DNA of 64,000 nt from Eledone cirrhosa (lineage: Eukaryota), in NCBI GenBank assembly GCA_964016885.1, contig OZ024740.1, positions 401,140,001-401,204,000 on the forward strand, read 5' to 3'. Position numbers and translations under genes: made by a program. Below are positions 26,338 to 42,500 of this stretch, in pieces. Under the pieces are notes generated by a model. It saw only the letters and a list, made by a program, of their open reading frames with translations, made no database searches and was not told where the DNA came from. Position 1 is the first letter of the stretch. Each line of letters starts with the position of its first letter.

Positions 26338-26596
26338 GGGCTGTGGATTGGCAGAATCAGTCGAGCGCCAGGTGGAATGCTTTGCGGTACCCAGTTACAT
26401 CGAGGAATAAACAAAAAAAAGTTATGTGGTATTTCTCTCAAACCATTAAATTATGAGTTCTAATTCCACCGAGTAACTTTGCCTTTTGTTCTGCCGGAGT
26501 CGATAAAATAAAGTATAAATCACGAACTGGGATCAATATAATCGACTTTCCCTTACCTTAAATATCTAGCCTTGTACCAAAGCTGGAAAGAATTAT
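26338..26596 (+). mobile_element. Diverged family-1-like SINE
   Basis: GGGCTGTGGATTGGCAGAATCAGT...GAGTTCTAATTCCACCGAG...GTCGATAAAATAAAGTA...GCCTTGTACCAAAG. Confidence 0.75.
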
Positions 26597-26849
26597 TAAC
26601 TGTTCTTATAACCAAACTCAATGAGAAAATGTATTTTTGTTATATCTTTTGACGTAGAAGAATAGCGAGTGTACGCTTTGGAATATTTAATTTTGTAGTA
26701 TGAGACATTTAATAAAGTAAATGGAAACATTTGACGAGGTAAAATGTAAGAATGGTAATAAACAGAGTTTCCAAAAGATAACTGAAGCACTGGTCAACCG
26801 TTCCATATAATACTGATTTATTTTTCTGGAAAAAATATACACTAAGCTT

Positions 26850-28420
26850 TCAATTATCGAAATAGGCAGATAGAGAGACACCAAACTATCAGACAGAATA
26901 TACGATATCTATGCTGTCTACTACAACTGGCAATAATCGGGAGTACTTCTAGCTCTGTGGGTCGGAGAGTAGTAATGCTGATGAGGAAAGACGATAAAAA
27001 AAACAAGAGTCTGGTAGAGGAAGCGCAGACGTGCGCAATTGCGCCAAAGTACATACATGACAACCTCAACCTCATGTTATACAACATAGAGAGGGTAGAG
27101 TATAAAACTGTCTTCGAAGGGGTTCTGATCTGTCGAAGGCTTTCGATAGGGTTGACCATCGATACCTGCACCCTGTCCTCATTGAAGCAGAATTGGATCC
27201 CATGTTCAGAAGTTGGATAGCTGCAAGGCCCAGTGGCAGCGATTCGGTAGTCAGAGGCAACGGCCACCTGTCGAAACCCTTCCAAGTCAGGCGTTTGTTC
27301 TATCAAGGTTACCGCCTCTCCACCCTTCTGAAATTACTGACTCTCAAGCCACTAGTAAGGAAGATGGGGTTCATGAAGAGCCTCTCCCTTTAACTGAGAC
27401 CTGGAAGGGCTGCGTCGACATATGCGGACGATATTACCGTGTTGGTGTTGATCACCTCGGGAATCGAGGTAGTCAGCACCTTCTTACAGGAATGTGAATC
27501 GTTAATGGGAGCAAAACTGAACCTGTAACAGTCTGGGGTTTGCAACCCGCACCTGGTAAAACAAATCCATGCCTTTCAACAGGGTCTTCGGATGCCGGAC
27601 CAACGGACATATAAAGTTGCTCGGGGTCTGTTTCAGACCCGACCTCCAAGTGGATAAGAACTGAGCCGAAGTAACGAGCAAGGTGGCCACTATCACACTG
27701 AAATGGGCAAAGAGGAATCTATCCCTGAAAAGTTGGGCGATGATAGCGAACGCGTACATCGTGTCTGTCATCTACTATCACCTGACTGTAGTGTCTAGCT
27801 TATGTTTCCAATTGATCAAATTGAAATGCCTGCTCTTTAAAATTCTTGTGGAAGCGACATGTTCCATTGGTGAGGAGGTCTAGCGGCTGCCAGCACCCTC
27901 TACGCGGAAGGCTGAACATGCTTTGGCTGATGATACGTAAACATGCGCTGGAGCTAGTGCATTTTAGATATAATTAAACAGTGGACAGGTGTGGTCACTA
28001 TTTGTGAGACGTTTCTTCGCCTGGGCTGCAGTCGTCGGCCAAAATGACCGTGACTGGAATGTTGTCAGGTGCTCACTGCCCTCTACCAGTCGGCTAATGT
28101 CTTTGGAAATTCCAATCAATAGTTCTATAGAGGATTAGTGGTAAGCAACAATGACGGTGTTCTCAGAGAATCTCTGGGCCTCGACGAAATCGAACTGACC
28201 AGTGTGTTCCGGAGAACCTTCTAGGCGGGGAATAAAAACAACTTCCAAAGATCCCTGTCTTGTTAGTGCTACTGGGGAGAGGGGCTCTGCCATTCTGAGA
28301 CAAATTCTACAGGTACGGAATTGCAGTTGGAGAGTCCTATCCGGGATGCTCGCAGAATAAAGAAACCGTTCTGCACGCACCCGTCCAATGCCGTGTATTA
28401 GTAACATGTGAAGATTTGTT
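26850..28420 (+). mobile_element. Decayed L1/Tx1-type LINE ORF2 (RT plus C-terminal zinc knuckle)
   Basis: KAFDRVDHRYL...NGHLSKPF...QGYRLSTLL (QGCPLSPLL-like), YADD at 27421-27432, IKLLGV, RNLSLK and CSQNKETVLHAPVQC at about 28345-28391. Multiple stops and frameshifts. Confidence 0.88.
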
Positions 28421-28497
28421 GAACGATACAATATACAGTAAACATCTTACGAATATGAACTTTTTCGGAGTTGTGGTATTGCTGTTTAGAATAGCGT

Positions 28498-28795
28498 GAA
28501 GGCACATGTATTGTTGTTTAAAAATTCGACTTACGGTGGTAAAACCATACCTTCGACTCTCAGCGTCCCGTTATATCATTGAAAATGACACATTATTTCG
28601 AATTGATCCCGTATGCTCGGCTGGCAAAGCTGAGTTGTACCTATTATTCATAGGCCCAAATATGTTACATACTGTATGATACAGATTATTTCTTAGAATT
28701 ACATTATAAGTACAGGTGTATGTGGAAGACCAGCCACGTGCACGTTAATTTCACGAGTAGATGCTTCCATTAATCGATCATAACTGATGAAAATC
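28498..28795 (+). mobile_element. Old SINE, second family
   Basis: Decayed tRNA-like head followed by GCTGGCAAAGCTGAGTTGTACCT...CAGCCACGTGCACGTTAATTTCACGAG. Recognised from memory of cephalopod repeats, not from a search. Confidence 0.45.
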
Positions 28796-29095
28796 CAGCA
28801 CAAATAAAGAATTTAGGATTTTATAATCTATCGTATGTTTGTTTTAATATTTAATGTCAAATGTAGTCATCCACAACCAAAGATGACCAGAAACATATTG
28901 ACCTCCTACATCCGTTTTCACTATATTATAAGTGTTAACTGATGATTAGAAAACCCATCTATACATAGATATACCACCACGTAGATACAGTTACATCTAC
29001 CAAAGGTTTCGCTCTCTCCCTCTCTTTCTCACTTTATATATATGTATATACGTGTGTGTATGTATGTGTGTCTGTGTGCGTGCGTGTGTGTGTGT

Positions 29096-29128
<33 letters not shown>

Positions 29129-29743
29129 TGTGTGTGCGTGCGTGTGTGTGAGTGTATTTGGGTGTATGTCATACATCTTGCTTTCCGTGCTCAAATCTGT
29201 CAACAATAGTTGCATTTGCAACCACTTTTCACAGTAGTTATGTAATATCTGCAGATATTACATAATATTACATTCCTTCTGCTGAGGGAAACTTTTGGCA
29301 TTGAGTTCACTGTATCGGTGACAGAAGAGCGTGTTCGGCGATTTGGGAATAAAGGTGCGAGTTGTTATTGGCCGGAGAAAACCACAACTAATAGGTAGAA
29401 CGGAGAAGCGCGGGGCAGGCTGGTTGTTGTAGCAATTGTACAAATGAACATTTCTGACACGCGGGCCAGCTTAGGGGACACACACACACACACACTAATA
29501 GTTCGTTTTCTTTTGAACTACTTCAGCTCTACTTTTGAAAAGAGGGTATAGCCCTGAAATATATTGTTGAAATACGCTGGGTAAAACATTACATTGTTTT
29601 ATTTCATTTGTCATGATTTGCCCTTCGTAATTTTCTACCGCAGAGCGAATCTAAACTATAATAAAGGAAGGTCTCCGGGACTGCGTACTGTTTATTTTTT
29701 TTTTTTATCCCGTTAGTAAAATAAGTTGGATTACTTTGAAAAA

Positions 29744-29933
29744 ATAATTGTTTCTCCTTTAGGCACAAGGCCAGCAATTATCCAGTGCATTACTGGTACT
29801 TTATTTTATCAACCACGTAAGGATGAAAGGCAAAGACAACCTCGGCGGGATTTGAACTCAGATCATAAAGGGACGTAACTATGCTGGAAAGCATGGCGTC
29901 CGACCCTCTACCGATACTGCCAATCCACCGCCC
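29744..29933 (-). mobile_element. SINE family 1, inserted at the tail of the adjacent copy
   Basis: Flanked by TACTTTGAA(A/T)AAATAAT on both sides. Confidence 0.92.
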
Positions 29934-29944
29934 TACTTTGAATA

Positions 29945-30123
29945 AATAATTGTTTCTATTTTAGGCACAAGGCCAGTAATTACCCAGTACATTACTGGTA
30001 CTTTATTTTATCGACCCCGTAAGGATGAAAGGCAAAGTTAACCTCGGCGGGATTTGAACTCAGATAATAAAGGGACGTAACTCTAAGCTTCAAAGCATGG
30101 TGTCCGACTCTCTACCAATACTG
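29945..30123 (-). mobile_element. SINE family 1, lacking the first ~13 nt
   Basis: Same consensus, tandem with the previous copy. Confidence 0.9.
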
Positions 30124-30594
30124 AATGATTATTACATAATTTAACTACACAATTTCGTAAACAAAAATAATTTCGTAAAAATAAATAACTTAAAATTGAC
30201 TTCTTTTCAAAGTTACACTACCTGTATATCGTCGCCACCACACCCCCCACTTCAACTACCGTATATATAGAAAGAGAGAGTGTGTGATGTCAACACTTCC
30301 GGTGGCGATCGCTTAAATAAACATACTAATTTTCTGTCACTAATTTTCTCCTAATGCAGTTTATATATAATATCGTCTTTTTTAATGTATCATGGATTAC
30401 GTTACTGATGACATAAGACAGTGTAACGACGTTGTCGTTCAATTTCTGTTTATATTGTCAATTACGATTTTATTTGATGTTTCATATCTATATGTATATA
30501 TACCTGCGTTTAATATCAATATACACACTGCACATGCTACCAGAAAAAACACAAGAAATGTGGTTTTCCTGCTAGTTCATTTAATGTAGATTGG

Positions 30595-33500
30595 CAGAAT
30601 CGGTACAGTATAGAACACTAGTACAGCATAGGACACTATGCAGAATCAGTACAACATAGAACACTGTGTAGAATCAGTACAGTATAGAAAACTATGTAGA
30701 ATCAGTACAACATAGAACACTGTGTAGAATCAGTACAGCATAGGACACTATGTAGAATCACTACAACATAGAACACTGTGTAGAATCAGTACAGTATAGA
30801 ACACTATGTAGAATCAGTACAGTATAGAACACTATGTAGAATCAGTACAGTATAGAACACTATGTAGAATCAGTACAGTATAGAACACTATGTAGAATCA
30901 GAACACTATAGAACACTATGTAGAATCAGTACAGTATAGTACACTATGTAGAATCAGCACAGCATAGAACACTATGTAGAATCAATACAACATAGAACAC
31001 TATGTAGAATCAGTACAGTATAGAACACTATGTAGAATCAGTACATCATAGATCACTATGTAGAATCAGTACAGTATAGACTACTATGCAGAATCAGTAC
31101 AGTATAGAACACTATGTAGAATCAGTACAGTATAGAACACTATGTAGAATCAGTACAATATAGAACACTATGTAGAATCAGTAAGTATAGAACACTATGT
31201 AGAATCAGTACAATATATAACACTATGTAGAATCAGTACAGTATAGAACACTATGTAGAATCAGTACAACATAGAACACTATGTAGAATCAGTACAGTAT
31301 AGAACACTATTTAGAATCAGTACAAAATAGAACAGTATGTAGAATCAGTACAACATAGAACACTATGTAGAATCAGTACAACATAGAACACTATGTAGAA
31401 TCAGTACAACATAGAACACTATGTAGAATCAGCACAGCATAGAACACTATTTAGAATCAATACAACATAGAACACTATGTAGAATCAGTACATCATAGAT
31501 CACTATGTAGAATCAGTACAGTATAGAATACTATGTAGAATCAGTACAGTATAGAACACTATGTAGAATCAGTACAACATAGAACACCATGTAGAATCAA
31601 CTAAAAATAGAACATTACGTAGAATCAGTACAACATAGAACACTATGTAGAATCAGTACAATATAGAACACTGTGTATAATCAGTACAGTATAGAACACT
31701 ATGTAGAATCAGTACAACATAGAACACTATGTATAATCAGTACAGTATAGACCACTATGTAGATTCACTAAAACATTGAACACTATGTAGAATCAACACA
31801 ACATAGAACACTATGTAGAATCAGTACACTATAGAACACTATGTAGAATCAGTACAACATAGAACACTATGTAGAATCAGTACAACATAGAACACCATGT
31901 AGAATCAGTACAGTATAGAACACTATGTAGAATCAGTACAGTATAGAACACTATGTAGAATCAGTACAGTATAGAACACTATGTAGAATCAGTACGACAT
32001 AGAACACTATGTAGAATCAGCACAGCATAGAACACTATGTAGAATCAATACAACATAGAACACTATGTAGAATTATTACAGTATAGAACACTATTTAGGT
32101 TCAATACAGTATAGAACACTATGTAGAATCAGTACATCGTAGATCACTATGTAGAATCAGTACAGTATAGAATACTATGTAGAATCAGTACAGTATAGAA
32201 CACTATGTAGAATCAGTACAGTATAGAACACTATGTAGAATCAGTACAACATAGAGCACTATGTAGAATCAGTACAGTATAGAACACTATGTATAATCAG
32301 TACAGTATAGAACAATATGTATAATCAGTACAACATAGAACACCATGTAGAATCAACTCAACATAGAACATTACGTAGAATCAGTACAACATATAACACT
32401 ATGTAGAATCAGTACAGTATAGAACACTATGTAGAATCAGAACAGTATAGAACACTATGTAGAACCAGTACAACATAGAACACTATGTAGAATCAGTACA
32501 GTATAGAACACTATGAATAATCAGTACAGTATAGAAAACTATGTAGAATCAGTACAACATTGAACACCATGTAGAATCAACTAAAAATAGAACATTACGT
32601 AGAATCAGTACAACATAGAACACTATATAGAATCAGTAAAATATAGAACACTGTGTATAATCAGTACAGTATAGAACACTATGTAGAATCAGTACAGTAT
32701 AGAACACTATGTAGAATCAGTACAACATAGAACACTATGTAGAATCAGTACAACATAGAACACTATGTAGAATCAGTACAACATAGAACGCCATGTAGAA
32801 TCACCTCAACAGAGAATATTACTTAGAATCAGTACAACATTGAACACTATGTAGAATCAGTACAACATAGAACACTATGTAGAATCAGTACAGTATAGAA
32901 CACTATGTATAATCAGTACAGTATAGAACACTATGTAGAATCAGTACAACATAGAACACCATGTAGAATCAACTAAAAATAGAACATTACGTAGAATCAG
33001 TACAACATAGAACACTATGTAGAATCATTACAATATAGAACACTGTGTATAATCAGTACAGTATAGGACACTATGTAGAATCAGTACAGTATAGAACATT
33101 ATGTAGAATCAGTACAGTATAGAACACTTTGTATAATCAGTACAGTATAGAACACTATGTAGAATAAGTACAGTATAGAACACTATGTAGAATCAGTACA
33201 ACACAGAACACTATGTAGGATCAGAACACTATAGAACACTATGTAAAATCAGTACAATATAGAACACTATTTAGAATCAGTACAGTATAGAGCACTATGT
33301 AGAATCAGTACAACATAGACAAATATGTAGAATCAGCACAACATAGAACACTATGTAGAATCAATACAACACTATGTAGAATCAGTACATCATAGATCAC
33401 TCTGTAGAATCAGTACAGTATAGACTACTATGCAGAATCAGTACAGTATAGAAAACTATGTAGAATCAATACTTCATAGAACACTATGTAGAATCAGTAC

Positions 33501-36500
33501 AGTATAGAATACTATGTAGAATCAGTACAGTATAGAACACTATGTAGAATCATTACAGAATAGAGCACTATGTAGAATCAGTACAACATAGAACACTGCT
33601 TAGAATCAGTATAACATGGAACACTATGTAGAATCAGTACAGTATATAACACTATGTAGAATCAATACAACATAGAACACTATGCAGAATTAGTACAGTA
33701 TAGAACACTATGTAGAATCAGTACAGTGAAGAACACTATGTAGAATCAGTACATCATAGATCACTATGTAGAATCAGTACAGTATAGACTACTATGCAGA
33801 ATCAGTACAGTATAGAACACTATGTAGAATCAGTACATCATAGATCACTATGTAGAATCAGTACAGTATAGAATACTATGTAGAATCAGTACAGTATAGA
33901 ACACTATGTAGAATCAGTACAGTATAGAACACTATGTAGAATCAGTACAAGATAGAGCACTATGTAGAAACAGTACAGTATAGACCACTATGTATAATCA
34001 GTACAGTATAGGACACTATGTAGAATCAGTACAGTATAGAACACTAGGTAGAATCAGTACAGTATAGAACACTGTGTAGAATCAGTACAGTATAGAACAC
34101 TATGTAGAATCAGTACAGTATAGAACACTATGTAGAATTAGAACAACACAGAACACTATGTAGGATCAGAACACTATAGAACACTATGTAAAATCAGTAC
34201 AACATAGAACACTATGTAGATTCAGTACAGTATAGAGCACTATGTAGAATCAGTACAACATAGAAAAATATGTAGAATCAGCACAACATAGAACACTATG
34301 TAGAATCAATACAACATAGAACACTATGTAGAATCAGTACAACATAGAACACTATGTAGAATCAGTACAGTATAGAGCACTATGTAGAATCAGTACAACA
34401 TAGAACACTGCGTAGAATCAGTATAACATAGAACACTATGTAGAATCAGTACAGTATAGAACACTATGTAGAATCAGAACAGTATAGAACACTATGTAGA
34501 ACCAGTACAAAATAGAACACTATGTAGAATCAGTGCGGCATAGAACACTATGTATAAGCATAGAACACTATGTAGAATCAGTACAGTATAGAACACTATG
34601 AATAATCAGTACAGTATAGAAAACTATGTAGAATCAGTACAACATAGAACACCATGTAGAATCAACTAAAAATAGAACATTAAGTACAATCAGTACAACA
34701 TAGAACACTATGTAGAATCAGTAAAATATAGAACACTGTGTATAATCAGTACAGTATAGAACACTATGTAGAATCAGTACAGTATAGAACACTATGTAGA
34801 ATCAGTACAACATAGAACACTATGTAGAATCCGTACAACATAGAACACTATGTAGAATCAGTACAGTATAGAAGACTATTTAGAGTCAGTACAAAATAGA
34901 ACAGCATGTAGAATCAGTACAACATAGAACACTATGTAGAATCAGTACAACATAGAACACTATGTAGAATCAGTACAACATAGAACGCCATGTAGAATCA
35001 CCTCAACAGAGAATATTACTTAGAATCAGTACAACATTGAACACTATGTAGAATCAGTACAACATAGAACACTATGTAGAATCAGTACAGTATAAAACAC
35101 TATGTAAAATCAGTACAGTATAGAACACTATGTAGAATCAGTACAACATAGAACACCATGTAGAATCAACTAAAAATAGAACATTACGTAGAATCAGTAC
35201 AACATAGAACACTATGTAGAATCATTACAATATAGTACACTGTGTATAATCAGAAAATATAGAACACTATGTAGAATCAGTGCAACATAGAACACTATGT
35301 AGAATCAGCACAGCATAGAACACTATTTAGAATCAATACAACATAGAACACTATGTAGAATTAGTACAGTATAGAACACTATGTAGGATCAGTACAGTAT
35401 AGAACACTATGTAGAATCAGTACATCATAGATCACTATGTAGAATCAGTACAGTATAGAATACTATGTAGAATCAGTACAGTATAGAACACTATGTAGAA
35501 TCAGTACAACATAGAACACTATGTAGAATCAGTACAATATAGAACACTGTGTATAATCAGTACAGTATAGAACACTATGTAGAATCAGTACAACATAGAA
35601 CACTATGTATAATCAGTACAGTATAGACCACTATGTAGAATCACTAAAACATTGAACACTATGTAGAATCAACACAACATAGAACACTATGTAGAATCAG
35701 TACACTATAGAACACTATGTAGAATCAGTACAACATAGAACACTATGTAGAATCAGTACAACATAGAACACCATGTAGAATCAGTACAGTATAGAACACT
35801 ATGTAGAATCAGTACAGTATAGAACACTATGTAGAATCAGTACGACATAGAACACTATGTAGAATCAGCACAGCATAGAACACTATGTAGAATCAATACA
35901 ACATAGAACACTATGTAGAATTAGTACAGTATAGAACACTATTTAGGTTCAATACAGTATAGAACACTATGTAGAATCAGTACAAGATAGAGCACCATGT
36001 AGAAACAGTACAGTATAGAGCACTATGTATAATCAGTACAGTATAGGACACTATGTAGAATCAGTACAGTATAGAACACTATGTAGAATCAGTACAGTAT
36101 AGAACACTATGTAGAATCAGGACAGTATAGAACACTATGTAGAATAAGTACAGTATAGAACACTATGTAGAATCAGTACAACACAGAACACTATGTAGGA
36201 TCAGAACACTATAGAACACTATGTAAAATCAGTACAATATTGAACACTATGTAGAATCAGTACAGTATAGAGCACTATGTAGAATCAGTACAACATAGAC
36301 AAATATGTGGAATCAGCACAACATAGAACACTATGTAGAATCAATACAACATAGAACACTATGTAGAATCAGTACAACATAGAACACTATGTAGAATCAG
36401 TACAGTATAGAGCACTATGTAGAATCAGTACAACATAGAACACTGCGTAGAATCAGTATAACATAGAACACTATGTAGAATCAGTACAGTATAGAACACT

Positions 36501-39500
36501 ATGTAGAATCAGAACAGTATAGAACACTATGTAGAACCAGTACAACATAGAACACTATGTAGAATCAATACAGTATAGAACACTATGTAGAATCAGTACA
36601 TCATAGATCACTCTGTAGAATCAGTACAGTATAGACTACTATGCAGAATCAGTACAGTATAGAAAACTATGTAGAATCAATACTTCATAGATCACTATGT
36701 AGAATCAGTACAGTATAGAATACTATGTAGAATCAGTACAGTATAGAACACTATGTAGAATCATTACAGTATAGAGCACTATGTAGAATCAGTACAACAT
36801 AGAACACTGCGTAGAGTCAGTATAACATGGAACACTATGTAGCATCAGTACAGTATATAACACTATGTAGAATCAATACAACATAGAACACTATGCAGAA
36901 TTAGTACAGTATAGAACACTATGTAGAATCAGTACAGTGAAGAACACTATGTAGAATCAGTACATCATAGATCACTATGTAGAATCAGTACAGTATAGAC
37001 TACTATGCAGAATCAGTACAGTATAGAACACTATGTAGAATCAGTACATCATAGATCACTATGTAGAATCAGTACAGTATAGAATACTATGTAGAATCAG
37101 TACAGTATAGAACACTATGTAGAATCAGTACAATATAGAACACTATGTAGAATCAGTACAAGATAGAGCACTATGTAGAAACAGTACAGTATAGACCACT
37201 ATGTATAATCAGTACAGTATAGGACACTATGTAGAATCAGTACAGTATAGAACACTATGTAGAATCAGTACAGTATAGAACACTGTGTAGAATCAGTACA
37301 GTATAGAACACTATGTAGAATCAGTACAGTATAGAACACTATGTAGAATCAGTACAACACAGAACACTGTGTAGGATCAGAACACTATAGAACACTATGT
37401 AAAATCAGTACAACCTAGAACACTATGTAGATTCAGTACAGTATAGAGCACTATGTAGAATCAGTACAACATAGAACACTATGTAGAATCAGTACAGCAT
37501 AGAACACTATGTAGAATCAGTACAACATAGAACACTATGTAGAATCAGTACAGTATAGAGCACTATGTAGAATCAGTACAACATAGAACACTGCGTAGAA
37601 TCAGTATAACATAGAACACTATGTAGAATCAGTACAGTAGAGAACACTATGTAGAATCAGAACAGTATAGAACACTATGTAGAACCAGTACAACATAGAA
37701 CACTATGTAGAATCAGTACAGCATAGAACACTATGTATAAGCATAGAACACTATGTATAATCAGTACAGTATAGAACACTATGTAGAATCAGTACAACAT
37801 AGAACACCATGTAGAATCAACTAAAAATAGAACATTACGTAGAATCAGTACAACATAGAACACTATGTAGAATCGGTACAACATAGAACACTATGTAGAA
37901 TCAGTACAACATAGAACACTATGTAGAATCAGCACAGCATAGAACACTATGTAGAATCAATACAACATAGAACACTATGTAGAATTAGTACAGTATAGAA
38001 CACTATGTAGAATCAGTACAGGATAGAACACTATGTAGAATCAGTACATCATAGAACACTATGTAGAATCAGTACAGTATAGAATACTATGTAGAATCAG
38101 TACAGTATAGAACACTATGTAGAATCAGTACAGTATAGAACACTATGTAGAATCAGTACAACATAGACCACTATGTAGAATCAGTACAGTATAGACCTCT
38201 ATGTAGAATCAGTACAGTAGAGGACACTATGTAGAATCAGTACATTATAGAACAGTATGTAGAATCAGTACAGTATAGAACACTATGTAGAATCAGTATA
38301 GTATAGAACACTATGTAGAATCAGTACAACATAGAACACCATGTAGAATCAACTGAAAATAGAACATTACGTAGAATCAGTACAACATAGAACACTATGT
38401 AGAATCAGTACAATATAGAACACTGTGTATAATCAGTACAGTATAGAACACTATGTAGAATCAGTACAACATAGAACACTATGTATAATCAGTACAGTAT
38501 AGACCACTATGTAGAATCACTAAAACATTGAACACTATGTAGAATCAACACAACATAGAACACTATGTAGAATCAGTACACTATTGAACACTATGTAGAA
38601 TCAGTACAACATAGAACACTATGTAGAATCAGTACAACATAGAACACCATGTAGAATCAGTACAGTATAGAACACTATGTAGAATCAATACAGTATAGAA
38701 CACTATGTAGAATCAGTACAACATAGAACACTATGTAGAATCAGCACAGCATAGAACACTATGTAGAATCAATACAAGATAGAACACTATGTAGAATTAG
38801 TACAGAATAGAACACTATGTAGGTTCAATACAGAATAGAACACTATGTAGAATCAGTACATCGTAGATCACTATGTAGAATCAGTACAGTATAGAACACT
38901 ATGTATAATCAGTACAGTATAGAACAATATGTAGTATCAGTACAACATAGAACACCATGTAGAATCAACTCAACATAGAACATTACGTAGAATCAGTACA
39001 ACATAGAACACTATATAGAATCAGTACAGTATAGAACACTATGTAGCACCAGCACAACATAGAACACTATGTAGAATCAGTACAGTATAGAACACTATGA
39101 ATAATCAGTACAGTATAGAAAACTACGTAGAATCAGTACAACATAGAACACCATGTAGAATCAACTAAAAATAGAACATTACGTAGAATCAGTACAACAT
39201 AAAACACTATGTAGAATCAGTACAATATAGAACACTGTGTATAATCAGTACAGTATAGAACACTATGTAGTATCAGTACAACATAGAACACTATGTATAA
39301 TCAGTACAGTATAGACCACTATGTAGAATCACTAAAACATTGAACACTATGTAGAATCAACACAACATAGAACACTATGTAGAATCAGTACACTATAGAA
39401 CACTATGTAGAATCAGCACAGCATAGAACACTATTTAGAATCAATACAACATAGAACACTATGTAGAATTAGTACAGTATAGAACACTATGTAGAATCAG

Positions 39501-42500
39501 TACAGCATAGGACACTATGTAGAATCAGTACATCATAGATCACTATGTAGAATCAGTACAGTATAGACTAGTATGCAGAATCAGTACAGTATAGAACACT
39601 ATGTAGAATCAGTACAGTATAGAACACTATGTAGAATCAGTACAATATAGAACACTATGTAGAATCAGTAAGTATAGAACCCTATGTAGAATCAGTACAG
39701 TATAGAACACTATGTAGAATCAGTATAACATAGAACACTATGTAGAATCAGTAAAGTATAAACTACTATGCAGAATCAGTACAGTATAGAACACTATGTA
39801 GAATCAGTACAGTATAGAACACTATGTAGAATCAGTACAACATAGAACACTATGTAGAATCAGTACAACATAGAACACTATGTAGAATCAACTAAAAATA
39901 GAACATTACGTAGAATCAGTACAAGATAGAACACTATGTAGAATCATTACAATATAGAACACTGTGTATAATCAGTACAGTATAGAACACTATGTAGAAT
40001 CAGTACAACATAGAACACTATGTAGAATCAGCACAGCATAGAACACTATTTAGAATCAATACAACATAGAACACTATGTAGAATTAGTACAGTATAGAAC
40101 ACTATGTAGAATCAGTACAGTATAGAACACTATGTAGAATCAGTACATCATAGATCACTATATAGAATCAGTACAGTATAGAATACTATGTAGAATCAGT
40201 ACAGTATAGAACACTATGTAGAATCAGTACAACATAGAACAGCATGTAGAATCAACTAAAAATAGAACATTACGTAGAATCAGTACAACATAGAACACTA
40301 TGTAGAATCAGTACAATATAGAACACTGTGTATAATCAGTACAGTATAGAACACTATATAGAATCAGTACAACATTGAACACTATGTATAATCAGTACAG
40401 TATAGACCACTATGTAGAATCACTAAAACATAGAACACTATGTAGAATCAACACAACATAGAACACTATGTAGAATCAGTACACTATAGAACACTATGTA
40501 GAATCAGTACAACATAGAACACTATGTAGAATCAGTACAACATAGAACACCATGTAGAATCAGTACAGTATAGAACACTATGTAGAATCAGTACAGTATA
40601 GAACACTATGTAGAATCAGTACAACATAGAACACTATGTAGAATCAGCACAGCATAGAACACTATGTAGAATCAATACAACATAGAACACTATGTAGAAT
40701 TAGTACATTATAGAACACTATGTAGGTTCAATACAGAATAGAACACTATGTAGAATCAGTACATCGTAGATCACTATGTAGAATCAGTACAGTATAGAAT
40801 ACTATGTAGAATCAGTACAGTATAGAACACTATGTAGAATCAGTACAGTATAGAACACTATGTAGAATCAGTACAACATAGATCACTATGTAGAATCAGT
40901 ACAGTATAGAACACTATGTATAATCAGTACAGTATAGAACAATATGTAGAATCAGTACAACATAGAACACCATGTAGAATCAACTCAACATAGAACATTA
41001 CGTAGAATCAGTACAACATAGAACACTATGTAGAATCAGTAAAGTATAGAACACTATGTAGCACCAGCACAACATAGAACACTATGTAGAATCAGTACAG
41101 TATAGAACACTATGAATAATCAGTACAGTATAGAAAACTATGTAGAATCAGTACAACATAGAACACCATGTAGAATCAACTAAAAATAGAACATTACGTA
41201 GAATCAGTACAACATAAAACACTATGTAGAATCAGTACAATATAGAACACTGTGTATAATCAGTACAGTATAGAACACTATGTAGAATCAGTACAACATA
41301 GAACACTATGTATAATCAGTACAGTATAGACCACTATGTAGAATCACTAAAACATTGAACACTATGTAGAATCAACACAACATAGAACACTATGTAGAAT
41401 CAGTACACTATAGAACACTATGTAGAATCAGTACAACATAGAACACTATGTAGAATCAGTACAACATAGAACACCATGTAGAATCAGTACAGTATAGAAC
41501 ACTATGTAGAATCAGTACAGTATAGAACACTATGTAGAATCAGTACGACATAGAACACTATGTAGAATCAGCACAGCATAGAACACTATGTAGAATCAGT
41601 ACATCGTAGATCACTATGTAGAATCAGTACAACATAGAACACTATGTATAATCAGTACAGTATAGACCACTATGTAGAATCACTAAAACATTGAACACTA
41701 TGTAGAATCAGTACAGTATAGAATACTATGTAGAATCAGTACAATATAGAACACTATGTAGAATCAGTACAGTATAGAACACTATGTAGAATCAGTACAG
41801 CATAGAGCACTATGTAGAATCAGTACAGTATAGAACACTATGTATATTCAGTACAGTATAGAACAATATGTAGAATCAGTACAACACAGAACACCATGTA
41901 GAATCAACTCAACATAGAACATTACGTAGAATCAGTACAACATAGAACACTATGTAGAATCAGTACAATATAGAACACTGTGTATAATCAGTACAGTATA
42001 GAACACTATGTAGAATCAGTACAACATAGAACACTATGTAGAATCAGTACAATATAGAACACTGTGTATAATCAGTACAGTATAGACCACTATGTAGAAT
42101 CACTAAAACATTGAACACTATGTAGAATCAACACAACATAGAACACTATGTAGAATCAGTACACTATAGAACACTATGTAGAATCAGTACAACATAGAAT
42201 ACTATGTAGAATCAGTACAACATAGAACACTATGTAGAATCAGTACAGTATAGAACACTATGTAGAATCAGTACAGTATAGAACACTATGTAGAAACAGT
42301 ACAACATAGAACACTATGTATAATCAGTACAGTATAGACCACTATGTAGAATCACTAAAACATTGAACACTATGTAGAATCAACACAACATAGAACACTA
42401 TGTAGAATCAGTACACTATAGAACACTATGTAGAATCAGTACAACATAGAATACTATGTAGAATCAGTACAACATAGAACACTATGTAGAATCAGTACAG

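Noticed and set aside
30781-30808. Monomer origin from an internal 16+12 sub-repeat (TAGAATCAGTA / TAGAACACTA)
   Set aside because: The similarity is real, but the edge units carry SINE-like bases that weaken it. It therefore looks secondary to the SINE origin, though it is not fully excluded.
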